Shown here piece after piece: positions 27,590-40,092 of a stretch of DNA of 64,000 nucleotides. This stretch comes from the human T2T-CHM13v2.0 reference genome, Homo sapiens. Made by a program: the position numbers and the translations under genes. The notes under the pieces are model-generated. The model was given only the letters and a program-made list of their open reading frames with translations. It was not told the DNA's origin and made no database searches. Where the stretch lies: assembly GCF_009914755.1 (NCBI RefSeq), contig NC_060926.1. The stretch is one strand, 5' to 3'. Numbering within the stretch: the first letter of the stretch is position 1; the number at the start of each line of letters is the position of its first letter.

Positions 27590-27955
27590 CTATTTGCATC
27601 TGAGGCTAAGAGAAGTTAAGGAACTTATCCAAGGTCAACATCTAGTAAACAGCAGGACCAAGATTTTAACTCAGAGCTACTCTAACTCCAAAGCTCCATC
27701 CATCATTTTCTCCCCACTCTTTGTTTCTTTGGAAACAGTTAAGGCTTTTTCTGTGAACCCCACATCTCTCTGAGTCTGTGGCACTTTTAAAGAACCCATT
27801 CATCAGAGAGATGCAATAAACTCTACTGATATGATTTCTAGAAAACTGACTACTAAATAAGAGTAGTTCAGAATCCCAGAAAAACTGTCTTGTGAACACT
27901 CAGGAAATTGTCACAGAATTTATTTTAATTTTCAGAATTAAAAAAATAACTATTA

Positions 27956-28275
<320 letters not shown>

Positions 28276-31200
28276 AATAACTATTAAAGTCAACATTGTA
28301 GGAGGCTGGGGGGTTTTCATATGAAAACCCCCAGAATGAAGATGAGGGGGACAGGCAGAATTCCAGTCATTTCCTTACTCTCCAAAGCTCTAACCACAGG
28401 GATGAGTCCTCTGCAAGTTCTTAGTGGTGCATGAGTTAAGAGTGTCTCCTTTTTAGTGTTCATGTCTTAGTTGAATCACCTTTGCACAGTATCTGCAATG
28501 AGCCAGGCCCCGTGCTGATCATGTTAAGTACATTTTTTATTCTCTTGAAAGCAGTCCAGGGAAGGAAAGCAACATGCCTGAGGTCACACTTAGTACACAA
28601 ATCTCCCAGTTACCTTTGGAGGTAGCATTGCTACTCCAAAGTACCATCTTTCTTGCAGGAACTGCTAAACAGCCTTCCAGTTGATCTTCCTGCTTCAAAA
28701 TGCTCGTGCCTTTCTGTTGTGCACATATCAGCAAGATTAATCTATTGAAAACGCAAATCACATACTAACCACCCCCTGTGTAAAAGCGTCCCATGGCTTC
28801 TTATCACCCTCTGTAAATCCCAGCCTCCTCAGCAGCTGTGGCTACCTGTCTCCCTCACCTCATCCTCCGTCGCTTCCCCTTGCTCCCCTGGCCCTTGGCA
28901 CATGGCTTGCTTTCTTTCCTTAAACATACCAAGCTTACTGTACACTCTGGCTCTTGCCATTGCTGCCCACTCTGTGTGGACTTCCCACAGACCTCTGGAT
29001 GGTAAGCTGTTTATCACCACCGAGGTCTCAGCCTCTTGGCTAGTACTTTTGTGAGCACGTTAGCTAAGTAGCCACCTCCCACTCCTACCACCACTCCTTC
29101 ACACTTGCCTCTCACCCTGTATTATTTTCTTTACAACTTATTAGATTTTTTTCTTTGTCTCCTATCACTAGAGTAACATAACAAGAGAATAAACTTTGCT
29201 TTACTCTTTGTTGTATTCCCAGAGCTTTGAACAGTGCCTAATATGCAGTATGCATTTAATACATACTTGTTCAATGAATAAATCAAGTTAGCTTTTCAAC
29301 CCAAATCTATGTAAAGACAAAGCCCAGGCTTTGACCACGAACATGCTGCAATTTTTTATTGAATTCTTAAGATGGATTCAGTCCTGGGACAGGCATACTG
29401 CCAAGTACATGGGAAAACATCTGCTTCCTCCCTTCAAGATGTTTATAAGTTAGTTGTGATGCCAGACTCATTTATTCTTGAGATAACAAATACAGTAAGT
29501 GCTGAGTGAAGGGAAATGTATCAGAGGGCACCAGAATGTAGAAGAGAGTGGTCAGTGAAGATACAGGTGGTCCTTATAGGGCCTCCTAGAGCTGAGAAAC
29601 TTGATAGGAGCCTTTTGTGGTGGATGCCAGTTAGGGGGAGGGTAAGACTGTCAGGTCTTGGATGAGACTTAGAGAATCAGTGAGTTTATCCAGGAAAGAG
29701 TCATCAATGACATGTGTTTTAGGGCATTCCAGAGAGGGACATTTGCTAGATACTTTTTTCTGGAAAAAAGCCTCACTCTTTACTTACAAGTATAGTTTTA
29801 TGAGAAAACGCGGGCAAGAGAAGAGGAAAGGAGGAAAGAGAAAGCAAGGCAGTGAGGTTTCTTCTTTCTCACTCTGGCCATGGTTGTGGTAGGGGCAAGA
29901 TGGATCGAGACTGGCACACAGTGAGTGCCAGATAATTATTGGCCCACTTACTCTTGAAGGTCTCCTCTGTGGGACTTTCCTGGAATTCCACGCTCTCTCC
30001 AGAAATAAATGGCCAACTGTGGGACCTAGGAGGCTACCTCTTTAGGGCCAGCAGTAAGGCAAAGCTGCCATGCAGCATAATCTGCCCAAGTGATTGGACT
30101 GCACAGACCCTTGGCCATTGGAAGAGACTGCACCATCCCAGAGTTTCCCAGAGGGCCACCATCATGAGGATTGCTCCTATCATGGCTCCCAGTGAAGGAT
30201 AGAGCAAGGAGACCCCTGAGAACTAAATTGCCAGCCAGTGAAGATGACTTACTATGCTCAGAATTAACATTCATCCATCCACCACCCCATCCATCCATTC
30301 AGGAAGCAAATACTCTATGCCAAGAATCTTGCAAACTGTAGGAGCTATCACAAGGGTTAGATAGTTTCCTTTCCTTGAGGAACTCATGGTCTACTCATAA
30401 AGAAAACCATATGCTGTTAGTTTCTTAACTCTACCCATGTTTCCAGGGCAGAGTTGAATAAAAGATTTATCACATACCCAGGCTTGGCCACAAAACCACA
30501 CCACACGAAACCAAAACACTCCATGAAGGGAAAGACTAATTAACCTTCCCACCCCCCCACCCCTCAAGCCCTTCCCAGAGAGGTGATAATGAAAGATTTG
30601 GTCTCTACTGAGCCACAACAGGATTTGCATTTTAAAGTTTGACAGATCTTTATAGGCCTTTTGATCTCTTTTCTGCTCTCTACCTACCCACCCCAGACTT
30701 GCTGCCTCCTCCCAAACCCCCCTCAGTTCTCTACCCTGAACAAGCTATAAGCTTCAGAAATGATGGTCCCAGGTCCAGAGGCCTCTAGGATATGTGCCCT
30801 GGTGTAATGTGCTCCTAGCCATATAGCTCCTATTTATTGAATATCAGCTGTATATCAAGTACTTTTCTTCCTAACCCGCACAATCACCCTGCAAGGTTCA
30901 TATTATTTACCTTTTTTTAAGTGAGGAGGAAAATGAGGCATGGAGGTTAAATAACCTGCTCCAAATCACTAATAAAAAGTAGGAGCGACAGAACTAAAAC
31001 CTAGGTCTGTGCACCGCCAAACCTATAACCTTTTCATTAAGCCACACTGACTCCATTAGACAATACTGGTTATTGTAGGCTATCGTAACTAAATCCTTCT
31101 TGGAAAGGTAATCCTGCACTCCAGTTTTCTTGCAGGTGTTATTCTGGAAATAGCCCAATAAACGTCACAATTTGATTTACTCGAGGACAAACTTGCAGCT

Positions 31201-32885
31201 GTCTTTTCTTTTAGAGCTCTTCTTGAGCTCTGACTTTTTCCTCTCTTTCTACTCATCTTTCACACAGACTACTGCAGCCGGACAGCTGCATGTCTTGGTT
31301 TGGTACTGTCATCTGCAGCCTCCTGGGCTTTGTGGAACAGTCTCTCCAACCCAGAGAAAGCCTATTGGAAACAAACTCAGAGTCTCAGATACTTATATTT
31401 TTGCAGCTGGAGGGAACCCAGAAAGCCATCTAAAACTGAGTTTCAGAGAATGACTAGTGCAAAATAACTGGTATCAGATTTACTAAAATACTGCAGCTTT
31501 GCTATGTTAAAGTAAAAGAAGGAAACAAGTCACATTAACAAATATTTCAATGTGCCGGGTGCTTTATCTCATTTAATCTTCACTACAACCCAGTGAGGTA
31601 AAATTAGTTACTATCCTTGTGCTCCAGATGAGCCCTGACTCAGAGACATAACTGACTCTACAGTGATAGCTGGCAAGACCAGGACCTCAGGTAACCGCAG
31701 AGAGCACAGACCCTCTTCCACACCGTGCGGTGGGCGTGAAAAGGCGCACAACCAATATGCTGGCTGGTGACTGACTGGCCTGTGAAATTTGCTCCTGCAC
31801 AGAAGAGCAAATCATTTTGCACTCTTAGTGAGGCCATGCCTGTAACCTAAATTCATCTGGCATTCACAGCCTGAGTCATACATACTTTGACCAAGAGGGC
31901 CCCTGAAAAATGGGGGCTACAGCCTCTGACTACAGCCTCTCCTAAAACATTCTGAGTGTGTGTTACCAGTTAGAAGATTCTGCAAGTTTCTTTCCTCCTT
32001 GGAAAGTCCATCCCCCACCCTCAAAGAGGGGGCATTAGAAGTGCCAAATTGGGAGCCATAAGAAAGCCGCTGCTGGCTGCTGAGTTGTCCTGTCGAGGTT
32101 GAGAGATCAGGTTCAAAGCTCCAGCCGCAGTCTCCCCGCCCCCACTCCCCACCCCACCTCTTGTCCAGAGAAGGAATGGTCCTTCCCACCCCCCACCATC
32201 ATTTCTTGTAAAAACTTCTGGATTGTGCTCAGCTGGGGGTCATACAGGGAGCTCAAGGCATCCTTTCTGCTCTCTCCAGATCGACCCCAACCTCAGAGAG
32301 GAAGCTCTTGGGAAAGTTTCTCTCTAGGAAGAATGGCTACGGATGCAGAAATCTTCCCTCCTTAGCACCCAGCATAGATTTTGGTGTGGATTGGGCTGCT
32401 CCTAAGAAAGCTGTTTTCTCAGTGATTCTCTGTCAACCATGCAGCTGGGGTTCCAGCATTCAGAACAACAGGGGTGGGAGGTAATGCTGGGCCTGTGGCT
32501 TCAAATCTTACCCAGCAAGCCCTGGCCAATTGTTCTTTATGGTACAACTCACAATCCATTTCTATTATAGCATTTTTCTTGACTGTCTGTCCATACTAAC
32601 CTCATTCTTCTCTGAAAGGATACATACCCACATATAACTATTGTGAGACCAGACTGTTCCCGAATGGCATTTGAGTTGTGCCTTGGGGGACACCTTGACC
32701 TCCTACCTAAGGAAATTTTTCTGCATCCTGATATTCCCCATTCTGGAGCATATAGTTTACTTGCTAATGACAGTTACTAAAGATGCTTACCTGACATAAT
32801 TTTGCTAGCATGCCAATTGGGGAGCAAGCACTCCTATTAGGAAGCACTCATCTTCATTATTAATCCCTTCTGTAGCTCAGCCTTT

Positions 32886-32975
32886 TTAGATCTAGATCTC
32901 TAAATCTTCCCATATCTATAGATCCTATATCTATAGAACTATATATCCTAGACCTATAGATCTAGACCTGTATCT
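32886..32975. repeat. Degenerate (TAGATC/TATATC)n hexamer repeat
   Basis: Seen directly. Confidence 0.6.
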
Positions 32976-34538
32976 CCATATCTTCTCACCAGTAAAATTT
33001 ATGTGGGCACATACACCATTTTTGTTGCATGCCTGAAGCTCATTCCTGGTCTCTCTCACGCTGACTTCTCTTCTAGACAGTGAGCTCCCTGGCACAGGGA
33101 CCTTGTCTGGTTCCCTGTGTGCCTCCAGCACATAATGGGGTTTCTGCTCCTGCGAAGAAGCTAGGTACCCTCTGCCGCAGTAAGAATGGCACTGAGTGAT
33201 TGCACAACTCAAATTGAGCTCCAAGGCTGCACACAGGGCAGAAATGAGAGAGGGTAGGACGATGAGTTTGACCAGCATTGAAAAGGGAAACACCTTGGGA
33301 AGGAACAGCCTGTACTGGATCAGGTGCCAGGTAAGTAATCCCGGGGATCATAAACCTCTAAAGCAACTGCTCTCAAATGTAGCCTTCCTAGAACTCATCT
33401 GAAGACTCTGTTATAAAAACAAATTACTGGGTTCCACCCCACTGGATTCGGATTCAATGGTCTTTGGACCACACTTACAGAAACTCTGCTGTAGATGGGA
33501 GAGAGATGTAGAGAGCCGCAGAAGAAAAGGAGAAGAAAATAATGGTGTTTTTTGAGTATAGACTCACTCACCACACGCAGTCAGGATAACAAACTCTCTC
33601 CCCGTCTGTCCCCCTCTCTGTCATTCTTTCTTCCTCCTTTTAATACTGTAGTTATAAAAAGCTTTTGAAAGTATAAAAAGCTTTTGATCACTGTCCAGAG
33701 TGATCAAATATTCGCCCATGGCGAATTTTTTCTTTCACTTTTTTTTTTTTTTTTTTTTTTGGAGGTGGGGAATCAGTACTCCTGGCAGAGGCCTGTCACT
33801 TTGTATGCAGGAAGGGCCATTTAACAAGTAACTTAGGTGGTAACTGAGGAAACTACAAGCCTACAAAGTCCTTCTTGTTCTGCCTCCACAGGGGAAATGG
33901 CTGACCCACCTAGGAGCCCACGGCATGAGCTGTTTTTTCCCAAGCTCTGCATTTCAGGTGCTTCCTGCTCAGTGCTTCTCCTCAAAGAACATACAAGGAC
34001 AGGAGGTACCATGGCTACCTGCAGCTGTGGATTATGGAAAGCCCACTGAGGCTGGCCTCTCAAGGCCCAAAGATGACCATTTGCACCCAGCATTTCCAAA
34101 CACAGTTTCCCAGACTGGGATCAAATGAGCTATAAGACAATTGCTTGAAGAACTCTGGACGAGGATGTCTGGGCCTCACCCCAGTGACTCTTGGCTCATG
34201 AGATCTGAGACAAACGCAGGAATCTATACCAGGTAATGATGGGCAATTGGATTTGGAAACCAAATCCAATTGGAGGACAATAGCATCACAGAATCTGTTT
34301 GGGTCCTCCAGCCGGCTGAGGTCAAAATCCCCATCCTACATCCGGGTAAAAGGCCTCCAGGCCTTTTTCCTACAATCCTATATGTCAAGACCCAGTTCTG
34401 ATGCCATTTTTTCCAGGAAATTTTTCAGGGTCTCCCATGTGAAATTATTTCTCCTTTCTTTCTCCTCCCACAGCATATTTTCAGTGTCTTTATAATACTT
34501 TATAGCATCACCCCTCTCCTCATATAACATTTATCCAC

Positions 34539-35514
34539 CACCATTGTGGAATAGAAATATAATGCCAACTGATTCCTCAAGGATCTAGAACTAGAAATAC
34601 CATTTGACCCAGCCATCCCATTACTGAGTATATACCCAAAGGATTATAAATCATGCTGCTATAAAGACACATGCACACGTATGTTTATTGTGGCACTATT
34701 CACAATAGCAAAGACTTGGAACCAACCCAAATGTCCATCAATGATAGACTGGATTAAGAAAATGTGGCACATGTACACCATGGAATACTATGCAGCCATT
34801 TAACAAAAAAAGGATGAGTTCATGTCCTTTGTAGGGACATGGATGAAGCTGGAAACCATCATTCTCAGCAAACTATCGCAAGGACAAAAAACCAAACACT
34901 GCATGTTCTCACTCATAGGTGGGAATTGAACAGTGAGAACACTTGGACACAGGAAGGGGAACATCACACACCGGGGCCTGTCGTGGGGTGGGGGAAAGGG
35001 GGAGGGATAGCATTAGGAGATATACCTAATGTAAATCATGAGTTAATGGGTGCAGCACACCAACATGGCACGTGTATACATATGTAACAAACCTGCACGT
35101 TGTGCACATGTACCCTAGAACTTAAAGTATAATAAAAAAAGAAATATAATGCCAACCATATATCTTTACTTTTCTGTTAGCCACACTTTAAAAAAAAAAT
35201 AAACAGGTGAAATTAATTTCATACTATATTCGATTTAACACGATATTTCAAAATGTTATTTCAACATGTAATCAATACAAAAATCATGAGTGAGATATTT
35301 TATGTTTTTGTTTTGTTGTCTTTATTTCTTTTGAAATTTTTTTTCTTTTTATGTAGTTTTAAAATCTTTTTATGATATTTTACATTTTTTATTTCTACTA
35401 AGTTTTTGAGATCTAGTGTGTATTATACACTCGCATCACATCTCAGCCTTGAGACTTCATTTCACATGTTAAATCACCACACGTGGCCAGTGGATGCCAT
35501 GTGGAAGAGCACAG
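34539..35514 (-). mobile_element. MER33-like hAT element split by an L1PA insertion
   Basis: AATAGAAATATAATG start; after the L1: AAACAGGTGAAATTAATTT, TTTCAACATGTAATCAAT, CCACACGTGGCCAGTGG. Confidence 0.75.
34570..35139 (+). mobile_element. 5'-truncated L1PA (about L1PA4-5) 3' end, 570 bp
   Basis: Low-divergence ORF2 end and 3' UTR ending CTTAAAGTATAATAAAA; perfect 17-bp TSD AGAAATATAATGCCAAC at 34553 and 35140. Confidence 0.95.
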
Positions 35515-35684
35515 TACTGGCTTTTGAGGTCATGTCTGTGACTTGGCTCTGGGTCCTCAGACTGAGCACAGTCCCTTCCAAAGAGTCTCCATTGGTGTTT
35601 TCGTTTGGCTAGCTATTTTAAAGCTCAGGATCTTAGGATATAAAAGTAGGGAAGAGATACATCAGTTTTAAGGAGGGTGAAGCT

Positions 35685-36018
<334 letters not shown>

Positions 36019-39000
36019 CTATGAGAGGAGTTGAGTGGGAAGATGTTCAGCACAGGACACTGCGGGGAGCAGAAAATGCCAATCAGGCCAAAGAGGCAGG
36101 TGCCTGCTACCTCCTTCATCCTGCATGGCAGGACTGGATGCTGTAGGCACAGGTAATGGTGGCTCTGAGCCACATGTTCTGCCTGCTTTATGCAGGTTGC
36201 CTTGAGCCACCTGGAGAATACTGGCTGCCAAAGGATTTGATTACGATGTAATGTGATCACTTAAATCTCTAAAAAACAGCTGCAGCCAGAATGTATTTTC
36301 AGCAAAGATGTCTTCTGAAAACAAGTTGTGCCATTTCACACTCTGGCCGAGGGTTCCCAGGAGAGTTCATTGATTAGCTTACCTCATCATTCAACCATAA
36401 TTGGTTCAATTAGGAAAAAGGACGATCACTTTCGCCAACACAGAATTGCCTCCAAGATAGTGCCCACAGATGTAAGTTTCTCTGAGGTAGCTTTTCGGGA
36501 AACAGACATCTCCTGAGAAAACCTGAGTTTCAGCCCTGTTTCCTAGATCCTCTGAGGTCAAATAATCAGCATACAGAGCTGCAAGGACTAGAGTTTGGAA
36601 CCCCCCAAGCTGGTTGTCACCAGCAGTGTAATGCTTTCCACCTCAACACCTAAGGAGGACCAAACCCTGGGTTGGACCATATCCATTCCCAGATGAAGCC
36701 CCAGGATATGGTGGCAGGAGCCCAGCCTTTGCAGAGGAACACTCTGTTTCCCAAATGCCAGCCCACCAATTCATTTGAAACGTTCATTATGCTACAACTC
36801 TTAACTTGGTTTATGCATGGCATTGTAGCAACCAGTTAAGGCATTTGGACCACCAGCGTGTGACCTGCAGCAAGTTATCTTACCTCTTTAAGCCTCAGGT
36901 TCTTCCACTGTAAAACATGGGTAACGTCAGTCCCTACCTCCTCGTGCTGTCCATTAAGCTGTGAGATAAAGTACTAATCAAAATGCATGGAAAGTACTCC
37001 ACGTAACTTCGTAACTATTTCATAACTATAAGTTCATATCATAAAACAGGATAATTTAAATCAGAAAAGTGAGTTTAAAAAAGTAGAGAAAGAAAGATTC
37101 TCAAGCAAGTGGGTGCTGAATACACACACATACAGAGCCAGTGCTGGGCAGCTGAGGGTGATCAGCAGAAGGGCAGGTCCTCCTTCCTGTCCCTGCTTCT
37201 AGTCTAATTGAGGGGACTTTCCCATAGGAGGAAATCCTGTGTTGGGCTGTGCAGCACCAACTCTAAGCACAACAGAGGCCATCAAGACCACGAAGTGGTG
37301 ACTGCTGGGAGTCAGAGTAGATCAGAAAAAACAATTAGGATTTGGAAAGGCAGTAGGATGGCACCACTCACCCTAGGCAGAAAACATACACCAGCCGAGA
37401 CACCACAATGGGATGAGCAGCCTGTCTTCCAAGGAGGTGGAGAAGGCAAAGTCCAGACTGGAGGAAAGGGAAAGGTGGAGAAGGACCAGGAAGCTTTAGT
37501 GACAAGATGAATAACAAACATATCAATGAGAAAACAGGCCAAGGAGTCATCAGCAGGCACAGTCCCTACAGCATGAGAACAAAATGCTAAGCTCCATGAG
37601 GTACGTATTGTAGGGAAGGGAGGAGAGGAGAAGGGAGGGGAGGGGAGTGAGGGCATTGTCTCTGATCCTTTCGTCTGTCCTTAGCACAGACACTGCTAGT
37701 GTTGCCCAGCTCTGCCAGGAATACGCTTCTGGAGAGCCTATCACAAATGCTCTCACAAATTATTGAAAGGGCCGTGTAGCCCCCCAAAAGTCTTCATTTT
37801 TGAGAATGCCCTGGAAAGGCGAGTTGAGACACTTACCTTCTCTCTGCTTGGCTTTCTTACTTGTACCCACCAAGCCTAGCCTTCCTATAAGAAATCATTA
37901 GATTTTATCTTTAGAACATTTTGAGCTATGAGAAGAAAGAACATCGTGTCCATACATACAGGCACAGTCATTATCACAGGATTCCGTTTTCTCTGTTCTG
38001 TTTGAATCCATCTCCTGGCAACAGCTGTCCAGCTCCCTAAAGCCAGCAGCAGCTGCAATAATGAGCCAACCATTTATCTGAGTGTGTGGATGACAGTCAC
38101 AGCTCCACGTGCAGCTGTTCTTTAAAGTCCACTGTCTTGTCCCTCCCTCGGGTCTAGACAACAAAGACAGCCATTCATTAAACTCCTCTGTTTCGAGTTT
38201 TAGGGAACCCCCTATGCCTTTTACCAGTGGTACGGTCTTTTAATGCTGCCACTTGCTGGTAGTTTTACCATAAGCAAGCACAAAAAACCTCCCTCTTTGA
38301 ACTTTGGTTTTCTGAACTCTCCAGAGATAACAACCATTACCCACCTCATGAGACTGTTGTGATGCTCCAAAGATGTAATCGATATGATAATCTTTTACAA
38401 ACTATATGACAGCATTCTTGTACTATTAATTATTAAGGTCCTTGTTTCTATGTTTAAAGTGAAAAAATTGCTAGAAAATATAGGACACTACAGTAAGCTT
38501 CTGTGGGCATCCAGATAATTGGTCACTGAGAACTGGAGGAGGCAGAGTGTTTCTGGAGAAAACAGTTGGCCCTGGCTTAGCGGGAGTGGTAGAATCTGAG
38601 AGGTCAAGGGAGAGGAAGGGACAGTTGAGTGAGGGACACAAGCCAGGCAAAGGCCAAGAAAAGAAAATGTGGTATATGGACAGTGTAGCATTATCCTGGA
38701 ATCAGGCAGAGAATGGGCCTGGGGACCAGGAAGACATAAAGTTGGAAGAGTTGGGATAGGCCAGACCAGAAATAGTCTTAAATGGCAGGCAGAGAATTTA
38801 TCAGGAGAGATTTTAGTAGTATGAAAAGTCAAGGAGTTATAAAAGTGTAACAATCACCTGGTCCTGCTCCCTGTATCTGTGGTTTTATCTCTGTTTAACA
38901 ATCTAGACAAAGTGGCCAGCCCTGGGGGTGCTGTTGGCATCCTGCCACCCAGCTCAGTGCTCTTGTATCCTGGGAGGCCTTTGTTCTGTCCAAGTCATCA

Positions 39001-39019
39001 GTTCTTCACTAGAGACTAT

Positions 39020-39736
39020 TAAAACTGCTGTTGCAAAATTATTACAGTGAAAGAGATCTGACCTAACCAACTCAACTCCATCTTGCTTCTAATCTCCAAG
39101 CTGTCCTTGTTCATTCCTGGACATAGGCCAAACTAACTTTGGGAGGAACTTAGTTTATAGTTTAACTTTGAAACAAAGACAATACTACTCCTTTCCTGAA
39201 ACAAATCCCTTTCTTGACTGGGGACTAGACTGCCTTTGTAGGACCAAAAAGTTAGCCAAAAGATTCGAAATTATGGTTTAGGAGTCATGCAGCTGGAGGC
39301 TACAAGTTTCCGACCCTCCCCAAATTGGTCCCGAGAATAATATCGCTATTGTAAGACCTAAAATTAGTACTTGAGATATTTTGTAGACCCTGCACTTGAT
39401 GGATCAGCTGGCACCACCCAGATTGATAAACTGGCTCATCTGATCTGTGGCCCCTACCCAGGAACTGACTGAGCGCAAGAGGACAGCTTCGACTCTCTCT
39501 GACTTCATCTCCCACCCAACCGATCAGTACTCCTGACTCACTGGCCCCTACCCACCAAATTATCCGTAACAACTCTGATCCCTGAATTCTGAGGAGACTG
39601 ATTTGAGTGATAATAAAACTCTGGTCTCCCGCACTGCTGGTTCTGTGTGCATTACTCTTTCTCTATTGCAATTCCCCTGTCTTGATAAATGGGCTCTGTC
39701 TAGGCAGTGGGCAAGGTGAACCCTTGGGTGGTTACA
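39020..39736 (+). mobile_element. Solo ERV1 LTR, LTR8 family
   Basis: GCAAAATTATTACAGTGAAAGAGATCTGACCTAACC...CTCCATCTTGCTTCT start; internal AATAAA; ends GGTTACA; 4-bp TSD-like CTAT/CTAC. Confidence 0.8.
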
Positions 39737-39800
39737 CTACCAGGCCCCAGCTCTGACTTTACCAAGTCAGAATCTCCAGGAGAGGAGCCTAGGAATCCTC

Positions 39801-40092
39801 TTTTTTTTTTTTTTGAGATGGAGTCTCGCTCTGTCTCCCAGGCTGGAGTGCAGTGGCAATATCTCGGCTCACTGCAACCTCCGCCTCTTGGGTTCAAGCA
39901 ATTCTCTGCCTCAGCCTCCCGAGTAGCTGGGATTATAGGCACCCGCCACCCCACCTGGCTATTTTTTTTATTTTTAGTAGAAACGGGATTTCACCATCTT
40001 GCCTAGGGTGGTCTTGAACTCCTGACCTCGTGATCCACACGCCTCGGCCTCCCAAAGTGCTGGAATTACAGCCATGAGCCACTGCACCCGGC
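39801..40092 (-). mobile_element. AluS within a MER5-like remnant
   Basis: Antisense dimer; TSD-like GGAATCCTCTTTT / GGAACCGTCTTTT. Confidence 0.92.

Noticed and set aside
34570-35139. Active L1
   Set aside because: Only 570 bp of the 3' end; no promoter or intact ORFs
37612-37653. Polypurine G-rich tract (G4/H-DNA potential)
   Set aside because: Short, common low-complexity sequence with no contextual support
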